The notes: a model not told the origin generated them from the letters alone. A stretch of DNA of 64,000 nucleotides from Candidatus Aenigmarchaeota archaeon LH_S7 (GCA_023659895.1 JAGXOL010000001.1:15757-79756), one strand, 5' to 3'. Shown: positions 21,101-28,765, counted from the first letter of the stretch. A program made the numbers and translations.

Positions 21101-21788
21101 CAAGCCATTTCTTTTTTGAGATAAAATAGATAAACATTAATCTGTTCAGGAACTGTAAGGTAAATTCATGTGATTCTTTTCTTGGGATATTCTGTTTATT
21201 CACTTCATCCCTCAATGTAAAAAATATTTTCTTATAATCTTCAAAAAATGCTTCTGTTACTCTTTCAACGCTAAATGCTTTCTTCCATTTTCTCCAAACA
21301 TCACGCCAGTTAGTTTCTCCTTCATAACGAATATTCGAAAGAGTTTCAATAATAGTATAACCTTCTTTTTTGTTTATAATTTCGTCTCTATCTATAATCA
21401 ATTTTGTTAGTTTTAGTTTATGTTCGCCTTTTTCAGTTTTTTCACGATTCGGTAACATAAATACAATTTCAGAATAATCAGTTGCAAAAATCAATAAAAA
21501 GTGTAAATATTGTTTATCAAAAGCTGTTGTAACAGATCTTATAAAAGAAGGGTTCAATGTTTTTGTTTCAAGCAAAAAAACAGGTAGGTTCTCACCAAAA
21601 CTTGTAATTGAATACAAGTTCTTAATTCTTTGAACATCATCTTTTTTGAAATTAAAGGATTCTTTTTTTCTTTTCGTAGTTTTATAAGAATAGTTCAAAT
21701 GACTAAACAAAGTAAAAATATCATCTGCAGATTTAATTTTGCCAATATGCTGGTGTATTTTTCTCCTCAATCCTATATTATCTTCCAT
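18102..21788 (-). CDS. gamma-class N6-adenine DNA methyltransferase, large (BREX PglX / DISARM DrmMI / Type IIG-like)
   Basis: 1228 aa; GIFYTPRVEVDFM (motif X), VDPACGSGAFLVGLLN (motif I), IVIGNPPYVRQEK (motif IV NPPY); long N- and C-terminal extensions. Confidence 0.8.
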   Translation of the reverse strand: MEDNIGLRRKIHQHIGKIKSADDIFTLFSHLNYSYKTTKRKKESFNFKKDDVQRIKNLYSITSFGENLPVFLLETKTLNPSFIRSVTTAFDKQYLHFLLIFATDYSEIVFMLPNREKTEKGEHKLKLTKLIIDRDEIINKKEGYTIIETLSNIRYEGETNWRDVWRKWKKAFSVERVTEAFFEDYKKIFFTLRDEVNKQNIPRKESHEFTLQFLNRLMFIYFISKKKWLEYPKFVGWLWKSYKNLGKYNSNEFYEIWLKQIFLKAFNNRSNEITGYPEEVNRVISNSPYLNGGLFKENDLDKLKVEITDKLFQNIFDFFEKYNFTIKEDIPLDQEVAVDPQMIGYVYESLANVAEEIYDRNDLGIFYTPRVEVDFMCRRVIVEYLSKHLPDIPKDKIYHLVFDSPEEKEKLKKEFGDKKIWYEIERVLDNLSAVDPACGSGAFLVGLLNVLAELYRMVYANIKNDLTDFELKKRILQYSLYGVDVMPWASHAAELRLWLQLIVEGEFKKEELRKHPLLPNLNLNLRVGDSLIQEIGGLSFNLRTNEDIKPHLREQLDNLKQEKRKYFENSPTVKFKTPEAVRSEETRLFEEIIDERIEGLKKDTESLENNMKKQGKQVGLFNSEINVEAEVYLKEKEKINATEKEIQQFEEEIEKLKKIKELLKNPEKKPFVWDIDFAEIFGDKNGFDIVIGNPPYVRQEKISPPNKLKAEITLKDRKEYKEKLIKSVKNIFPIINKINKKSDYYTYFYFHGLGLLNEKGTFCFITSNSWLDVGYGRNLQEFLLRYAPVTAIYDNPKRSFAHADVNTIIALFGAPIIKDKRIEGLNVDGKKDWPMLNHTAKFVMFKKPFEEVLNTKNLIEIENAKVKTRGETITELVKNVKTTQDYRVFPILQGDLLEDGWEYPENYDKKDRFKAGSYEGNKWGGKYLRAPDIFYTILEKGKGKLVELGKIAKVSPGIKSGINKFFYLDKDKIKKLGIEKEYLKQILKTPKEYETIILNESNLRFYVLYCNKSKKQLKGTNILSYIEWAEKQKKDGIKYTEIPSVKGRNNWYSTGEVKAPDFIFSSQIGERFIVPFNNITCFLDYNLYGLYFKENNKENICCMLNSAISFLFYETLGRFSLGEGLNKPMIYEVRKFFIPNPNKINSSFLKKIFGKISKRKVHSIFEEFGLDPSKPIREQEPKPLPDRAELDKIIFDELGLTEEERKEVYWSVCELVKQRLEKAGSLRR

Positions 21789-22010
21789 ATTTGAAACTAC
21801 TATTTCTTATGTTCATTATTTATCAAAAGTTATTTTAAGTGTCATAATATATAAATAAAACTAATATGATTATAGGATAAACATATAGTAAACTTCTTAA
21901 TATACCCCCAGCGAAGCCTTTAAAATAAGGAAGACTATAAAGTGAAGAAAGAATCGACAAAAAGCGAATAAGATTTCTTTTAAATATAATTAAAATACCT
22001 ATTTTTTATC

Positions 22011-22373
22011 ATGGCAGAAGTTAAGGGAGAACTAGGTCTTCTCCTTTGGTTGTTAATGGTAGCAATCCTGGCTTATGCAGGAGTTTCAGTGACATCAGGA
22101 TTTGTTGGTGGTATAGTGATTGCGTCAGCATGGCTTTTCGTGAGAAGCGCTTTGCAGAGCTTTGGTGTTAAAGATAAAACCGTACACAATTTGTTTTTAT
22201 CAGCAGCAGGTTTCGCTTTGTTTGCAGCATCCTTTGAATTACTTTTAGTAGCTGTTCAATCAATAGCAGGAGGGATGTTTTGGATTAATTATTTGATTTC
22301 ATTAGGCTATGTACTTTCATGGATAACTGCTTTGGTAGCTTCACTAACATTGGCTGTGAAAAACTTTTCTTAA
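22011..22373 (+). CDS. small integral membrane protein
   Basis: 120 aa, 3-4 hydrophobic helices. Confidence 0.35.
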   Translation: MAEVKGELGLLLWLLMVAILAYAGVSVTSGFVGGIVIASAWLFVRSALQSFGVKDKTVHNLFLSAAGFALFAASFELLLVAVQSIAGGMFWINYLISLGYVLSWITALVASLTLAVKNFS

Positions 22374-22394
22374 TTTTTTCTTTTTTATAAATCA

Positions 22395-23585
22395 AAGGCA
22401 AGAAAACTCCCGAATTTATTCGTAGAGATGAATTGCCCTTAAATAGTTTAAAAACATAATTAAATATGGTTAGAGTCAGAAAAACAATTAAATGTAAAAT
22501 AATAAAACCAACAGAGTTAAAATTAAAACATTTAAACAAAGAATATAATAATGTCCAAGAACTGCTACAATTAGAATCTAAAGGAATTGAATTTCTGCCA
22601 ATCTTTCATTCTCTAAAGAAAAAAGTTTATTCTGCTAACTTACAACAGGCTTTAAGATTTTACAAGAAGATTAAACCAAATAAAGAATATCCAATATCCT
22701 TTAGAAAGGATTTGTTAGAAGTCAGGAAAACAGATAACAAACTATCTAAATATTGGGTTAAAATACCTACTAAACAAAGAAAAGGTGGTTTAAAATTAGC
22801 AATTAAATCACAACCTTTTAATTTTAAGGATTATGAGATTTGTGAATCCAAACTATTTAAAAAGAAAAATAATTGGTTTTTAAATCTAACAGTTCAAAAG
22901 GAAGTTGAACTGAATAATACTTATGACTCTGTTCTTAGTCTTGATTTGGGACAGAAGTATATGGGCGTATCAGTGATGCATCCATCTACTTTAATGATTC
23001 CTAAATTCTACGGCAAAGAAGTCAGAGGAATAAGAAGAAACTACGACTATATTAGGAAGCAACTTGGCAAAAATAAACTACTTAAAGAAATAAAAAGATT
23101 TGGACAGAAAGAGCAAAGAAAAGTAACTGATTGTCTCCATAAAATCTCTAATGAAATAGTGGATTTGGCTCTAACCAGTAATTCTACTATTGTTGTTGGA
23201 GACCTGAAAGGGATTAGAAAATCAGCAAAAGGTAAAGGTAGAAAGTTCAATAGGATTGTTTCAAATATGCCTTATCTGGAGTTAATTCAAATGCTTGAAT
23301 ACAAAGCAAATTGGGAAGGAATAAGGGTAATTAAAGTAAATGAAAGAGGAACAAGTCATACCTGCTCCAAATGTGGTAATGAAGGTTCAAGACCAAAGCA
23401 GGGAGTTTTCAATTGTTCTGTTTGTGGATTAAAAGACTATAATGCAGATGTGAATGGTGCTTCTAATATAGGTAATAAATTGTCTTCTGGGTATATCTTG
23501 GAAGATGGGGCAACCTTGACTTTGCCCGAAACTGATGTATATGAGACATCAGAATCTTCTGACTTTAGTCGTGGAGAATGTCAAA
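22395..23585 (+). mobile_element. IS200/IS605-family TnpB-only (IS1341-like) element, copy 1
   Basis: About 70 nt left end and about 40 nt right end plus ORF are about 90% identical to copy at 34509-35689; left-end hairpin GGCAA...TTGCC. Confidence 0.7.
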
Positions 23586-23590
23586 AATAA
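22466..23590 (+). CDS. tnpB: TnpB (OrfB) RNA-guided nuclease-family transposase-associated protein
   Basis: 374 aa; RuvC-like motifs and C-terminal zinc finger CSKCG...CSVCG...NADVNGASNI. Confidence 0.8.
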   Translation: MVRVRKTIKCKIIKPTELKLKHLNKEYNNVQELLQLESKGIEFLPIFHSLKKKVYSANLQQALRFYKKIKPNKEYPISFRKDLLEVRKTDNKLSKYWVKIPTKQRKGGLKLAIKSQPFNFKDYEICESKLFKKKNNWFLNLTVQKEVELNNTYDSVLSLDLGQKYMGVSVMHPSTLMIPKFYGKEVRGIRRNYDYIRKQLGKNKLLKEIKRFGQKEQRKVTDCLHKISNEIVDLALTSNSTIVVGDLKGIRKSAKGKGRKFNRIVSNMPYLELIQMLEYKANWEGIRVIKVNERGTSHTCSKCGNEGSRPKQGVFNCSVCGLKDYNADVNGASNIGNKLSSGYILEDGATLTLPETDVYETSESSDFSRGECQK

Positions 23591-24237
23591 TGCTCTACGT
23601 AATAAATTTTAAAACCTATGAACAAGCCACAGGTACAAACAGTATAAGATTGGCTAACATAATCTCTGAAATAAAAAATAAATTAGAGGCAGACATACTC
23701 GCAAGCCCACAAATTGCTGATTTGGAAAAAATAAGCAAGATAACACCTTCCTTGGCACAGCATGTTGATCCTATTAATTATGGTTCTCACACAGGTCATG
23801 TCTTGTCGCAATCAATAAAAGAAGCTGGTGCACAAGGTAGTTTAATAAATCATTCTGAAAGAAAACTTTCTCTGGAGAAAATAAAATCTTGTATTGATAA
23901 ACTGAAATCTCTTGAAATGAAATCAATCTGTTGTGCAGGTGATTTGAAAGAAGCAATGGAAATAGCAAAGTTTGCTCCTGATTACATAGCTTATGAGGAC
24001 CCTGAGTTGATAGGCAGTGGAAAGTCAATTTCTAAGTACAAGCCAGATAACATTGAAAGATTTGTTAGTGTTTTGAAGGATATAAATTCTGAGATTATTC
24101 CTCTTTGTGGTGCTGGTATTTCAACTAAGGATGATGTAGAATCTTCCAAGAAATTAGGTGCTAAAGGTGTTTTAGTTGCTTCTGCAGTTGTTAAGGTAGA
24201 AAATCAAAGAGAAGCTTTGTTGAATTTGATTTCTTAA
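23590..24237 (+). CDS. tpiA: triosephosphate isomerase (archaeal type); alternative start at 23578
   Basis: INFKTYEQATG, HVDPINYGSHTGH, CGAGIST motifs; start overlaps tnpB stop (TAATG). Confidence 0.85.
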   Translation: MLYVINFKTYEQATGTNSIRLANIISEIKNKLEADILASPQIADLEKISKITPSLAQHVDPINYGSHTGHVLSQSIKEAGAQGSLINHSERKLSLEKIKSCIDKLKSLEMKSICCAGDLKEAMEIAKFAPDYIAYEDPELIGSGKSISKYKPDNIERFVSVLKDINSEIIPLCGAGISTKDDVESSKKLGAKGVLVASAVVKVENQREALLNLIS

Positions 24238-24268
24238 TTATTTAATTTTAACAGTCTAATTATTTTAT

Positions 24269-24603
24269 AGCCCCGTCGTCTAGTGGCCAAATTCTTCTTT
24301 CTTTAGAAAAAAAGAAGCTTTTGATAGGAAGAAAGAAAAGGAAGGCTAAACTCCCGTTTTGGATGGAACCTTCCTCATAAACCTTGGGTTTATGGGGCCC
24401 CGAAAAACAAGTTTTTCGAGGTTTTAAAAAGGTTCCAGGGTTATGGATGCTGGCCTTTGGATATCAAAGGTTGGAGAAGCTAAAAAATTATTTTGGCTTC
24501 TATGATAGAAGACAGCCAGAGACCGCGGTTCGAATGGAACATCAAAAAGATAAAATTTACCAAATCCAAAAGAAAATAAGTTTCGGGAATCCGCGCGGGG
24601 CTA
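24269..24603 (+). tRNA. tRNA-Gln(UUG) interrupted by three introns: D-loop 24287-24440 (154 nt), anticodon loop 24461-24513 (53 nt), T-loop 24536-24590 (55 nt)
   Basis: Exons AGCCCCG-TC-GTCT-AGTGG | TTAT-GGAT-G-CTGGC-CTTTGG | A-GCCAG-AGAC-CGCGG-TTCGAAT | CCGCG-CGGGGCT-A sum to 73 nt; A1:U72 and anticodon loop CUUUGGA as in archaeal tRNA-Gln. Confidence 0.65.
24378..24437. repeat. conserved about 55-nt hairpin element, copy 1 (inside tRNA-Gln intron 1)
   Basis: GGTTTATGGGGCCCCGAAAAACAAGTTTTTCGAGGTTTTAAAAAGGTTCCA about 90% identical to 28705-28763; internal stem CGAAAAAC/GTTTTTCG. Confidence 0.5.
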
Positions 24604-24956
24604 TTAAATGTGACTTCCTCTCCCTGAATAAATTCAGGAGCTTCCTTAACCAAAACACTGTTTTGAATACAGAAGGCTGGCGAGGTTCTAAAGTCACTAA
24701 CAAAACTTACTATAGCAGAGGTTTTGGTCTGACACGCTTTAGTTTAGGGCTGAGTCACCTTTTTCAGATGCCTTATTTCACTATTGTAGGGTCAGCAACC
24801 CCGTCTTCCAAGATATACCCAGAAGACAATACAGGACATGTCCGTCCATATTTAATTATGTTTTAAAAGTATTAAAGGACAATTGAGCTACACGATTTAA
24901 ATCAGGAGTTTTCTTGCCTTTGGTTAAATATAAATAATTTAAAACAAAATAATTTT

Positions 24957-25808
24957 ATGAAGAAAGGTGTTAGCTCAGTAATGAGTATTATTTTATTAGT
25001 TGTTGTGGGAACCTCTTTGTCAGGTGTGGCTTATCATACTTATACTTCTATGACTAAGGATATTATTTCTGTTCAGGAAAAGCAGATAATAGGTGAGTTA
25101 GAGTTAGAAGAGTCAAAGGTAAGAATAGAAAAGGTTGGATATTGTAGTGTTAATATTAGGAATGTGGGAGACAATGATATAGATGTTAGTTCTTTAGAGG
25201 TTTATATAAATGATAAACATTTTAAAATTCCTACTACAGAAAATATTTTAGAAAAAAATGAGAACATCAGAATTAAGATAACTAGAGATATGTTGTCTGA
25301 TTTGGAAGCAGATATTTCTTTAAAAGTTGGAGGAAAAGTTAATGATATTGGAAGAATTATCTGTCCAATTCCAGTAAATGGTACCTTAAGAAAAAATAAT
25401 TGCAAGTCTGATGAAGTTTGTGTAATTGCTTTTTCTGCTCTTAATAATTCCCATGTTGAAGATTGTTCAGAAGGAAATTATCTTTATAAATTGTGTGTAG
25501 ATAATATTAATAATGTAACGATTACTTCTTCTGATTGTTCTGATGAAGAAGGTAGTCTTATTACTATGTCAGGGAATACAAATGCTCAAGTTGAGGAATA
25601 TCATTTACCTATAACAGGTTTTGCAACCAAGAAAAATGTTTGTATAAATTCTTCTTTAGGAGATGTAAATTGTATTTATGGTAATTGTTCGTCAAGTTAT
25701 TATAATCCGCTTTTTTCAATTTCAAACTTAACAATTTCAGAGTCAGCAAACGCTCATGTAGGAGATAAAGAGCACTATAACAAAGTAGTTTGCTGTAGGA
25801 TTCAATAA
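24957..25808 (+). CDS. secreted Cys-rich protein with archaeal type IV pilin-like (class III) signal peptide
   Basis: N-term MKKGVSSVMSIILLVVVGTSLSG; about 20 Cys in C-terminal two thirds. Confidence 0.4.
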   Translation: MKKGVSSVMSIILLVVVGTSLSGVAYHTYTSMTKDIISVQEKQIIGELELEESKVRIEKVGYCSVNIRNVGDNDIDVSSLEVYINDKHFKIPTTENILEKNENIRIKITRDMLSDLEADISLKVGGKVNDIGRIICPIPVNGTLRKNNCKSDEVCVIAFSALNNSHVEDCSEGNYLYKLCVDNINNVTITSSDCSDEEGSLITMSGNTNAQVEEYHLPITGFATKKNVCINSSLGDVNCIYGNCSSSYYNPLFSISNLTISESANAHVGDKEHYNKVVCCRIQ

Positions 25809-25840
25809 AAAGATTTTATTATAAATAAGAAACTATAATT

Positions 25841-26284
25841 ATGGTAGAAGAGTATGAAGTGGTTCCTATCACTCCTTTGAGAAAAATAGAAAAAAGGTTG
25901 GAAAAAATGGAGCAAGGATCTCCTGGATACAATGCTGTTTTGAGAGACTTGACAGAAATGATGAAGGAGAATCAAAAAGTAGTTGATAATCTGGTGAATA
26001 CGAACTCAGAACTTATATCAAATATAGGAACTTTATCAGAGAAGTTGGGTGAGCTGACTAAGAAGTTTGATGATTTTATGGATAGCATAGAAGTTGCGGA
26101 AACGAGTGAAGAACCAGAAGAATTTAAAACTTTGAAGGAACAGAACAAGAAATTGGAGGACACGAACCAGGAATTATCTGATAGACTGAAGAAACTGGAG
26201 AAGAGAACGAAAATGGCAGCTTTGAGTAGGTATTACTATCAAAGACCTCAACAACAAGGAAGTCAGAAAGGAGGGCAGTATTAA
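25841..26284 (+). CDS. coiled-coil hypothetical protein
   Basis: 147 aa, heptad-rich, Q/G-rich tail. Confidence 0.35.
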   Translation: MVEEYEVVPITPLRKIEKRLEKMEQGSPGYNAVLRDLTEMMKENQKVVDNLVNTNSELISNIGTLSEKLGELTKKFDDFMDSIEVAETSEEPEEFKTLKEQNKKLEDTNQELSDRLKKLEKRTKMAALSRYYYQRPQQQGSQKGGQY

Positions 26285-26286
26285 TT

Positions 26287-26625
26287 ATGGGAGAAGAAAA
26301 AAAGAAGGTGAATTTTGATATAGACCAAAATAAAGAGGGTTTTTACGCGAATAATATAGCAATTTTTAATAATCCTACTGAATTTGTCCTTGATTTTACT
26401 CAAGTCACACCAAGAATAAATATGGTTGAGGAAAAACAAATAGTTACTTATGTGGTCAAGCATAATGCTGTTGTCCTAGAACCAAAGCAGGCAAAAAATT
26501 TCTTTAATTTGTTAAAAGAGAATATTGAGAGATACGAGAAGAAATTTGGTAAGATACAACTACCAAAAGGAAAAAAGCAGAAGAAAGAGGGTTTACCAAA
26601 GAATTTTTCTGATTATATAGGTTAA
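26287..26625 (+). CDS. hypothetical protein
   Basis: 112 aa, start 3 nt after preceding stop. Confidence 0.35.
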   Translation: MGEEKKKVNFDIDQNKEGFYANNIAIFNNPTEFVLDFTQVTPRINMVEEKQIVTYVVKHNAVVLEPKQAKNFFNLLKENIERYEKKFGKIQLPKGKKQKKEGLPKNFSDYIG

Positions 26626-26654
26626 TTTGTTTTTATTTTTAAATAACTTTAATT

Positions 26655-26813
26655 ATGGCAAAGGAGAAAAGAAGAATGCCTATGACAAATGCTGGATTAA
26701 TAAATTATTCAGAGGAGGTAGAGGAAGGTATTAACTTAAGACCAGAGATTATATTAGGGGTTGGTTTTGGCATTTGTGCTCTTGTCTTGATATTGAGATT
26801 TGTGTTGATTTGA
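26655..26813 (+). CDS. preprotein translocase Sec61 beta / archaeal SecG-like small subunit (not in ORF track, 52 aa)
   Basis: MAKEKRRMPMTNAGLINYSEEVEEGINLRPEIILGVGFGICALVLILRFVLI: conserved AGLIxY motif then single C-terminal TM helix. Confidence 0.6.
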   Translation: MAKEKRRMPMTNAGLINYSEEVEEGINLRPEIILGVGFGICALVLILRFVLI

Positions 26814-26882
26814 TTTTTGTATTTTTTATGAGGTATTAGCTTATTCTCTATAATCTCTTCTTTTTTTAGAGGTAATAGATAT

Positions 26883-27263
26883 TTATTTTTTGTTCTCATC
26901 TTTTTTACTTGTTTTTTTCTCTTTACTCTTTTCCTCTTTTTCAGTTTTTTTCTTCTCTTTTACCTTGACCTCTTTTTCGTTCAAAACTTTTATTTTGTTT
27001 TTTGAGCAGTATTCTTGGATTTTTGCCCTCTTTTTATTTCCTATTTTGGAACTAATTACAATTTCCTTGGGTTTTTTTTCTTCTAGTTCATTTAGATTGC
27101 TTATAAATGGAATCTCCTCTTTTTTTGGTGTTTTATATCCTATTTTTGGTTTAAGGCCTTTCTTACCTTTTTTTATTTTGTTGGAAATCCCACGGGGCTT
27201 TCTCCACTTTCTTTTCAGTCTTTTAAACCTCCCTTCTTCAGATCTTTCAAATATTAATTTCAT
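26883..27263 (-). CDS. rpl32e: ribosomal protein L32e with Lys-rich C-terminal extension
   Basis: KRLKRKWRKPRGISNKIKKGKKGLKPKIGYKTPKK...NKIKVLN matches eL32 core. Confidence 0.7.
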   Translation of the reverse strand: MKLIFERSEEGRFKRLKRKWRKPRGISNKIKKGKKGLKPKIGYKTPKKEEIPFISNLNELEEKKPKEIVISSKIGNKKRAKIQEYCSKNKIKVLNEKEVKVKEKKKTEKEEKSKEKKTSKKDENKK

Positions 27264-27291
27264 AACATATAGAGAAATTTTATAAAGTAGT

Positions 27292-28173
27292 TCATTTTGT
27301 GGTTACAATAGGGTTTTTCAACACTAGAAGGGTGTGTTCAGAATGTGATATTTTGGAATCTCCTTTTAAAATTCTGTGTACACCCAAACAATTCCTGTCT
27401 GTTAGCTCCTTTAATGCAAGTCTTAATTTTATTCTACTTATATCTAACCAGCGATCTGAGAAAGGCATCCCTTCCCTATCTCTAAATTTTTCAATTATCT
27501 CGCGAGCTTCTTTTGTTCTACAAGGTTTTTCTTGCATCAGGGAATATGTTAAAGCGCGGTCATCATCTTTCTCTTTAATGAAATTTCTCCCTCGGGTTGC
27601 GAAGGGCTCTATTGCTATTGTTTGACCTTCTTGCAATTTGTAATGATAATCATTGTTATAGTTTGGAACTCTTGGCTCTGCGTGAACTAAAAATCTTTCC
27701 AATCCGTGGCCTGTAAGGTTTGTTATAGGGTTTAAATTGTAGTTTTTAATTGTTTCTTCTATTTTGGTTGCTATCTCATTTACATCTATTCCTGGCTTAA
27801 CAAGTTTTATTGCCTCCTGTAGAGCTTTGTCAGTTGCTTCCACTAAAATTTTATCTTCTTCTGAAAGTGCAACTGTGCAAGCAGTGTCCGCAATATAACC
27901 CTCAAAAGAAACACCAACATCCAACTTAACCAAATCATTTTCCTTGATTGTTGTTTCATCCCCTTTGTTAGGTGAGTAGTGAGCAGCAATTTCATTAATT
28001 GAGATGTTTAAAGGCCAAGCAGGGATTCCCCCTAATTCGCGAGTCCTTTTTTCAACTTGCTCAGCAATGTCAATAATCTTAGTTCCTGGCTTCACCATGG
28101 ATTTACCTTCCTCTCTAACAGTTTTAGCAATCTCACCAGATTTCTTGTATTTGTCAATAATCTTTTGGTCCAT
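27292..28173 (-). CDS. map: methionine aminopeptidase, type 2 (archaeal)
   Basis: 293 aa pita-bread fold motifs (VKPG, DIA, HYSPN, FEGYIADTA, HGLERF). Confidence 0.85.
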   Translation of the reverse strand: MDQKIIDKYKKSGEIAKTVREEGKSMVKPGTKIIDIAEQVEKRTRELGGIPAWPLNISINEIAAHYSPNKGDETTIKENDLVKLDVGVSFEGYIADTACTVALSEEDKILVEATDKALQEAIKLVKPGIDVNEIATKIEETIKNYNLNPITNLTGHGLERFLVHAEPRVPNYNNDYHYKLQEGQTIAIEPFATRGRNFIKEKDDDRALTYSLMQEKPCRTKEAREIIEKFRDREGMPFSDRWLDISRIKLRLALKELTDRNCLGVHRILKGDSKISHSEHTLLVLKNPIVTTK

Positions 28174-28233
28174 TTTTAATTTAGGATAAAAATTATTTAG
28201 ATTACAGATAAAGTCCCAAGAAAGCTACCGATT

Positions 28234-28671
28234 TTAGTGAGGGGAGAGTGTCAATTTTTTCTGTTCTTTTTCTACTACTGCTTTTTTTTCTCCAGAGGGT
28301 TTTTTGATTGTTCCACCAGCTTTGCTTATTTTTTCCTCAACTGTTTTGCTCCATTTATCCGCAATTATTTCAACTTTTTTATTTAACTCTCCTTCTCCAA
28401 GAAGTTTCATATATCCAAGTTCTTTTAAATTGATTTTGTTTCCTTTGAATTTTTCCAAATCCTTCAAGTTAATTACTTTTTCTTCTCCTTCCTTCTTCAA
28501 GGTTCTGTGAACAAAGTAATTAGGATTTTCTTTTAAGGTCTTAAAAATCTTGTGAGTTTTTGAGCCAGCCATTCCACTACCTCCTTTGTTACCTTTTCCT
28601 CTGTGCCTTTTTTTGCGGCCATAGCCACAGCTCCTTGAACCACGCATCTTCTGAGTTTTAGTTTTTCCCAT
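28234..28671 (-). CDS. rpl15: ribosomal protein L15 (uL15)
   Basis: MRGSRSCGYGRKKRHRGKGNKGGSGMAGS glycine/basic N-terminus of uL15. Confidence 0.8.
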   Translation of the reverse strand: MGKTKTQKMRGSRSCGYGRKKRHRGKGNKGGSGMAGSKTHKIFKTLKENPNYFVHRTLKKEGEEKVINLKDLEKFKGNKINLKELGYMKLLGEGELNKKVEIIADKWSKTVEEKISKAGGTIKKPSGEKKAVVEKEQKKLTLSPH

Positions 28672-28704
28672 AAGAACTTTTTTTATGAAATAATTTAAAA
28701 AGGT

Positions 28705-28763
28705 TCTACCGAAGGTTTATGGGGCCCGAAAACAAAGTTTTTCGAGGTTTCTAAAGGCTTCCA
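28705..28763. repeat. conserved about 55-nt hairpin element, copy 2 (between PIN-ATPase-KH gene end and rpl15 start)
   Basis: GGTTTATGGGGCCCGAAAACAAAGTTTTTCGAGGTTTCTAAAGGCTTCCA, homolog of 24378-24437. Confidence 0.5.
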
Positions 28764-28765
28764 AA

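Noticed and set aside
24604-24860. SRP RNA or RNase P RNA assignment for the GC-rich block
   Set aside because: Hallmark motifs (RNase P CR-I GNAANNUC/AGGAAAGUCC, CR-V ACAGAANNCGGCUUA; SRP helix-8 GGAAG...AGCAG) not found by eye; kept only as an unassigned candidate ncRNA in the findings.
24384-24866. 160-aa plus-strand ORF from the six-frame track
   Set aside because: Lies entirely over the tRNA-Gln exons and introns and the GC-rich non-coding block; amino-acid composition is not protein-like; explained by RNA genes.
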